A stretch of 64,000 nucleotides of DNA, from positions 480,001 to 544,000 of the forward strand of contig CAWDGJ010000003.1 in the NCBI GenBank assembly GCA_963801815.1. Direction: 5' to 3'. Under the pieces are notes generated by a model. The model had not been told where the DNA came from, ran no database searches, and saw nothing but the letters and a program-made list of their open reading frames with translations. This DNA comes from an uncultured Verrucomicrobiae bacterium (lineage in GTDB: Bacteria > Verrucomicrobiota > Verrucomicrobiia > Chthoniobacterales > UBA10450). A program made the position numbers and the translations under genes. This document shows, piece by piece, positions 62,956 through 64,000 of this stretch (the first letter of the stretch is position 1; each line of letters begins with the position of its first letter).

Positions 62956-64000
62956 TGAAGAACCTCTTTAAATTTTTTCTTTTTGTGGCGTTGTTCAGCC
63001 TCGCGATCTCGGCGTTGTACGACTACCGTCTGAAACATGGCGGCTTGAGAACAGCGCAGCGGACTCCGGAAAAATACTCGTTTGCCAATTCACCGACTGT
63101 CGATCCGAAGCAGATCGTATCGCTGGAAACCCTCAACCGCGAGCGTCGCGCGCTGGTCAGCTCGGTGGTGCCTTCTGTCGTGGCGGTGAAGACAACGAAG
63201 AAGATTGCGGTTGAACGGCAAAACCAGCTTGATCCCTTTGGCTCTTTCTTTCGCCGGCCGCGCGGATTTCAAAATCCTAACGATGAAGCGTTGGTGCAAA
63301 ATTCGTTAGGCTCGGGCGTGATCGTCACGAACGAGGGGCACATCGTGACGAACAATCACGTGGTCAGTCAGGTTGATGAGATCGAAGTTGAACTCAGTGA
63401 TGGGCGAACCAAAAAGGCGCGTCTGGTTGGGGCGGACGAGCAAGTCGACCTCGCAGTGTTGAAGATCGACGACCCAGGAGTGAAGCCGCTCAAACTGGCT
63501 GATTCGGATACAGTCCAGGCCGGAGATTTTGTCCTGGCGATCGGTAATCCGTTTGGATTCGAGGAAACTGTTACCGACGGAATCATTAGCTCCAGAGGCA
63601 GGCCCAATCGTGCAGACGTTTTTAGCGACCTGATTCAGACAAACGCCGCAATCAATCCCGGAAACAGCGGGGGACCGCTGATAAACCTGCGTGGCGAAGT
63701 CATTGGCATCAACACGGCGATCATCTCGCGCAGCGGTGGTTCTCAGGGAATTGGCTTTGCCATTCCTTCGAACACAGTGCGCACCGCGCTGGAGAGTTTG
63801 TTGAAGAAGGGCCGGATCATTCGCGGTTATCTCGGCGTCCAGATGCGTGTTCCACAACCGGGCCAGCCGGCGCCGCCCAGCGATGGCGCAATTGTAGATG
63901 AAGTCGTTCCCGGGTCGCCTGCGGAAGATGCTCATCTGGAAAAGGGCGACGTGATCCGAAAATTTGACGGGCACGACGTGAAGAGTTTTACCGACTTGCG
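62955..64000 (+). CDS. HtrA/DegP-family serine protease with PDZ domain (runs off window)
   Basis: Manual translation from ATG 62955: N-terminal TM; GSGVI, TNNHVV, DLAVLK, AAINPGNSGGPL, RGYLGV. Confidence 0.93.
   Translation, partial: MKNLFKFFLFVALFSLAISALYDYRLKHGGLRTAQRTPEKYSFANSPTVDPKQIVSLETLNRERRALVSSVVPSVVAVKTTKKIAVERQNQLDPFGSFFRRPRGFQNPNDEALVQNSLGSGVIVTNEGHIVTNNHVVSQVDEIEVELSDGRTKKARLVGADEQVDLAVLKIDDPGVKPLKLADSDTVQAGDFVLAIGNPFGFEETVTDGIISSRGRPNRADVFSDLIQTNAAINPGNSGGPLINLRGEVIGINTAIISRSGGSQGIGFAIPSNTVRTALESLLKKGRIIRGYLGVQMRVPQPGQPAPPSDGAIVDEVVPGSPAEDAHLEKGDVIRKFDGHDVKSFTDL

Overview
64-kb core-genome segment of a moderately GC-rich bacterium. Gene content and protein style suggest Verrucomicrobiota, possibly Chthoniobacterales (inference, not database-checked). 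Left part: rsmA (partial), a DnaA-box cluster, transketolase, dnaB, rplI, a secreted HAF/Cys-repeat protein, sufT, a 2-oxoacid dehydrogenase E1a-E1b-E2 operon, smc, an APC permease, M20 and NlpC/P60 peptidases, queC, queF and apt. Middle: ccsA-hemA-hemC-cobA/hemD running into a GrpE-like / lid-less Hsp70 / HPD-less J-like+TerB-like+FGE-domain triad, then rpsU, secDF, yajC and tgt. Next is the str-S10-spc-alpha ribosomal cluster, which lacks tuf, rpsN, rpmD, rpoA and rplQ and has an exported coiled-coil gene inserted between rpsS and rplV. Right part: trpF, an orphan secretin, an ECF sigma factor, mqnE, mqnA, recJ, recG and htrA (partial). Many essential genes carry frameshifts clustered in blocks, most likely long-read consensus errors. 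No rRNA, tRNA, CRISPR array, transposase or phage module was seen. The best candidate for an undescribed system is the dedicated chaperone triad at 24968-28910. Also notable are 7/8-bp-periodic palindromic elements (one translated inside tgt), GTAG-type REPs carrying promoter-like hexamers, and a candidate dnaA-unlinked origin.
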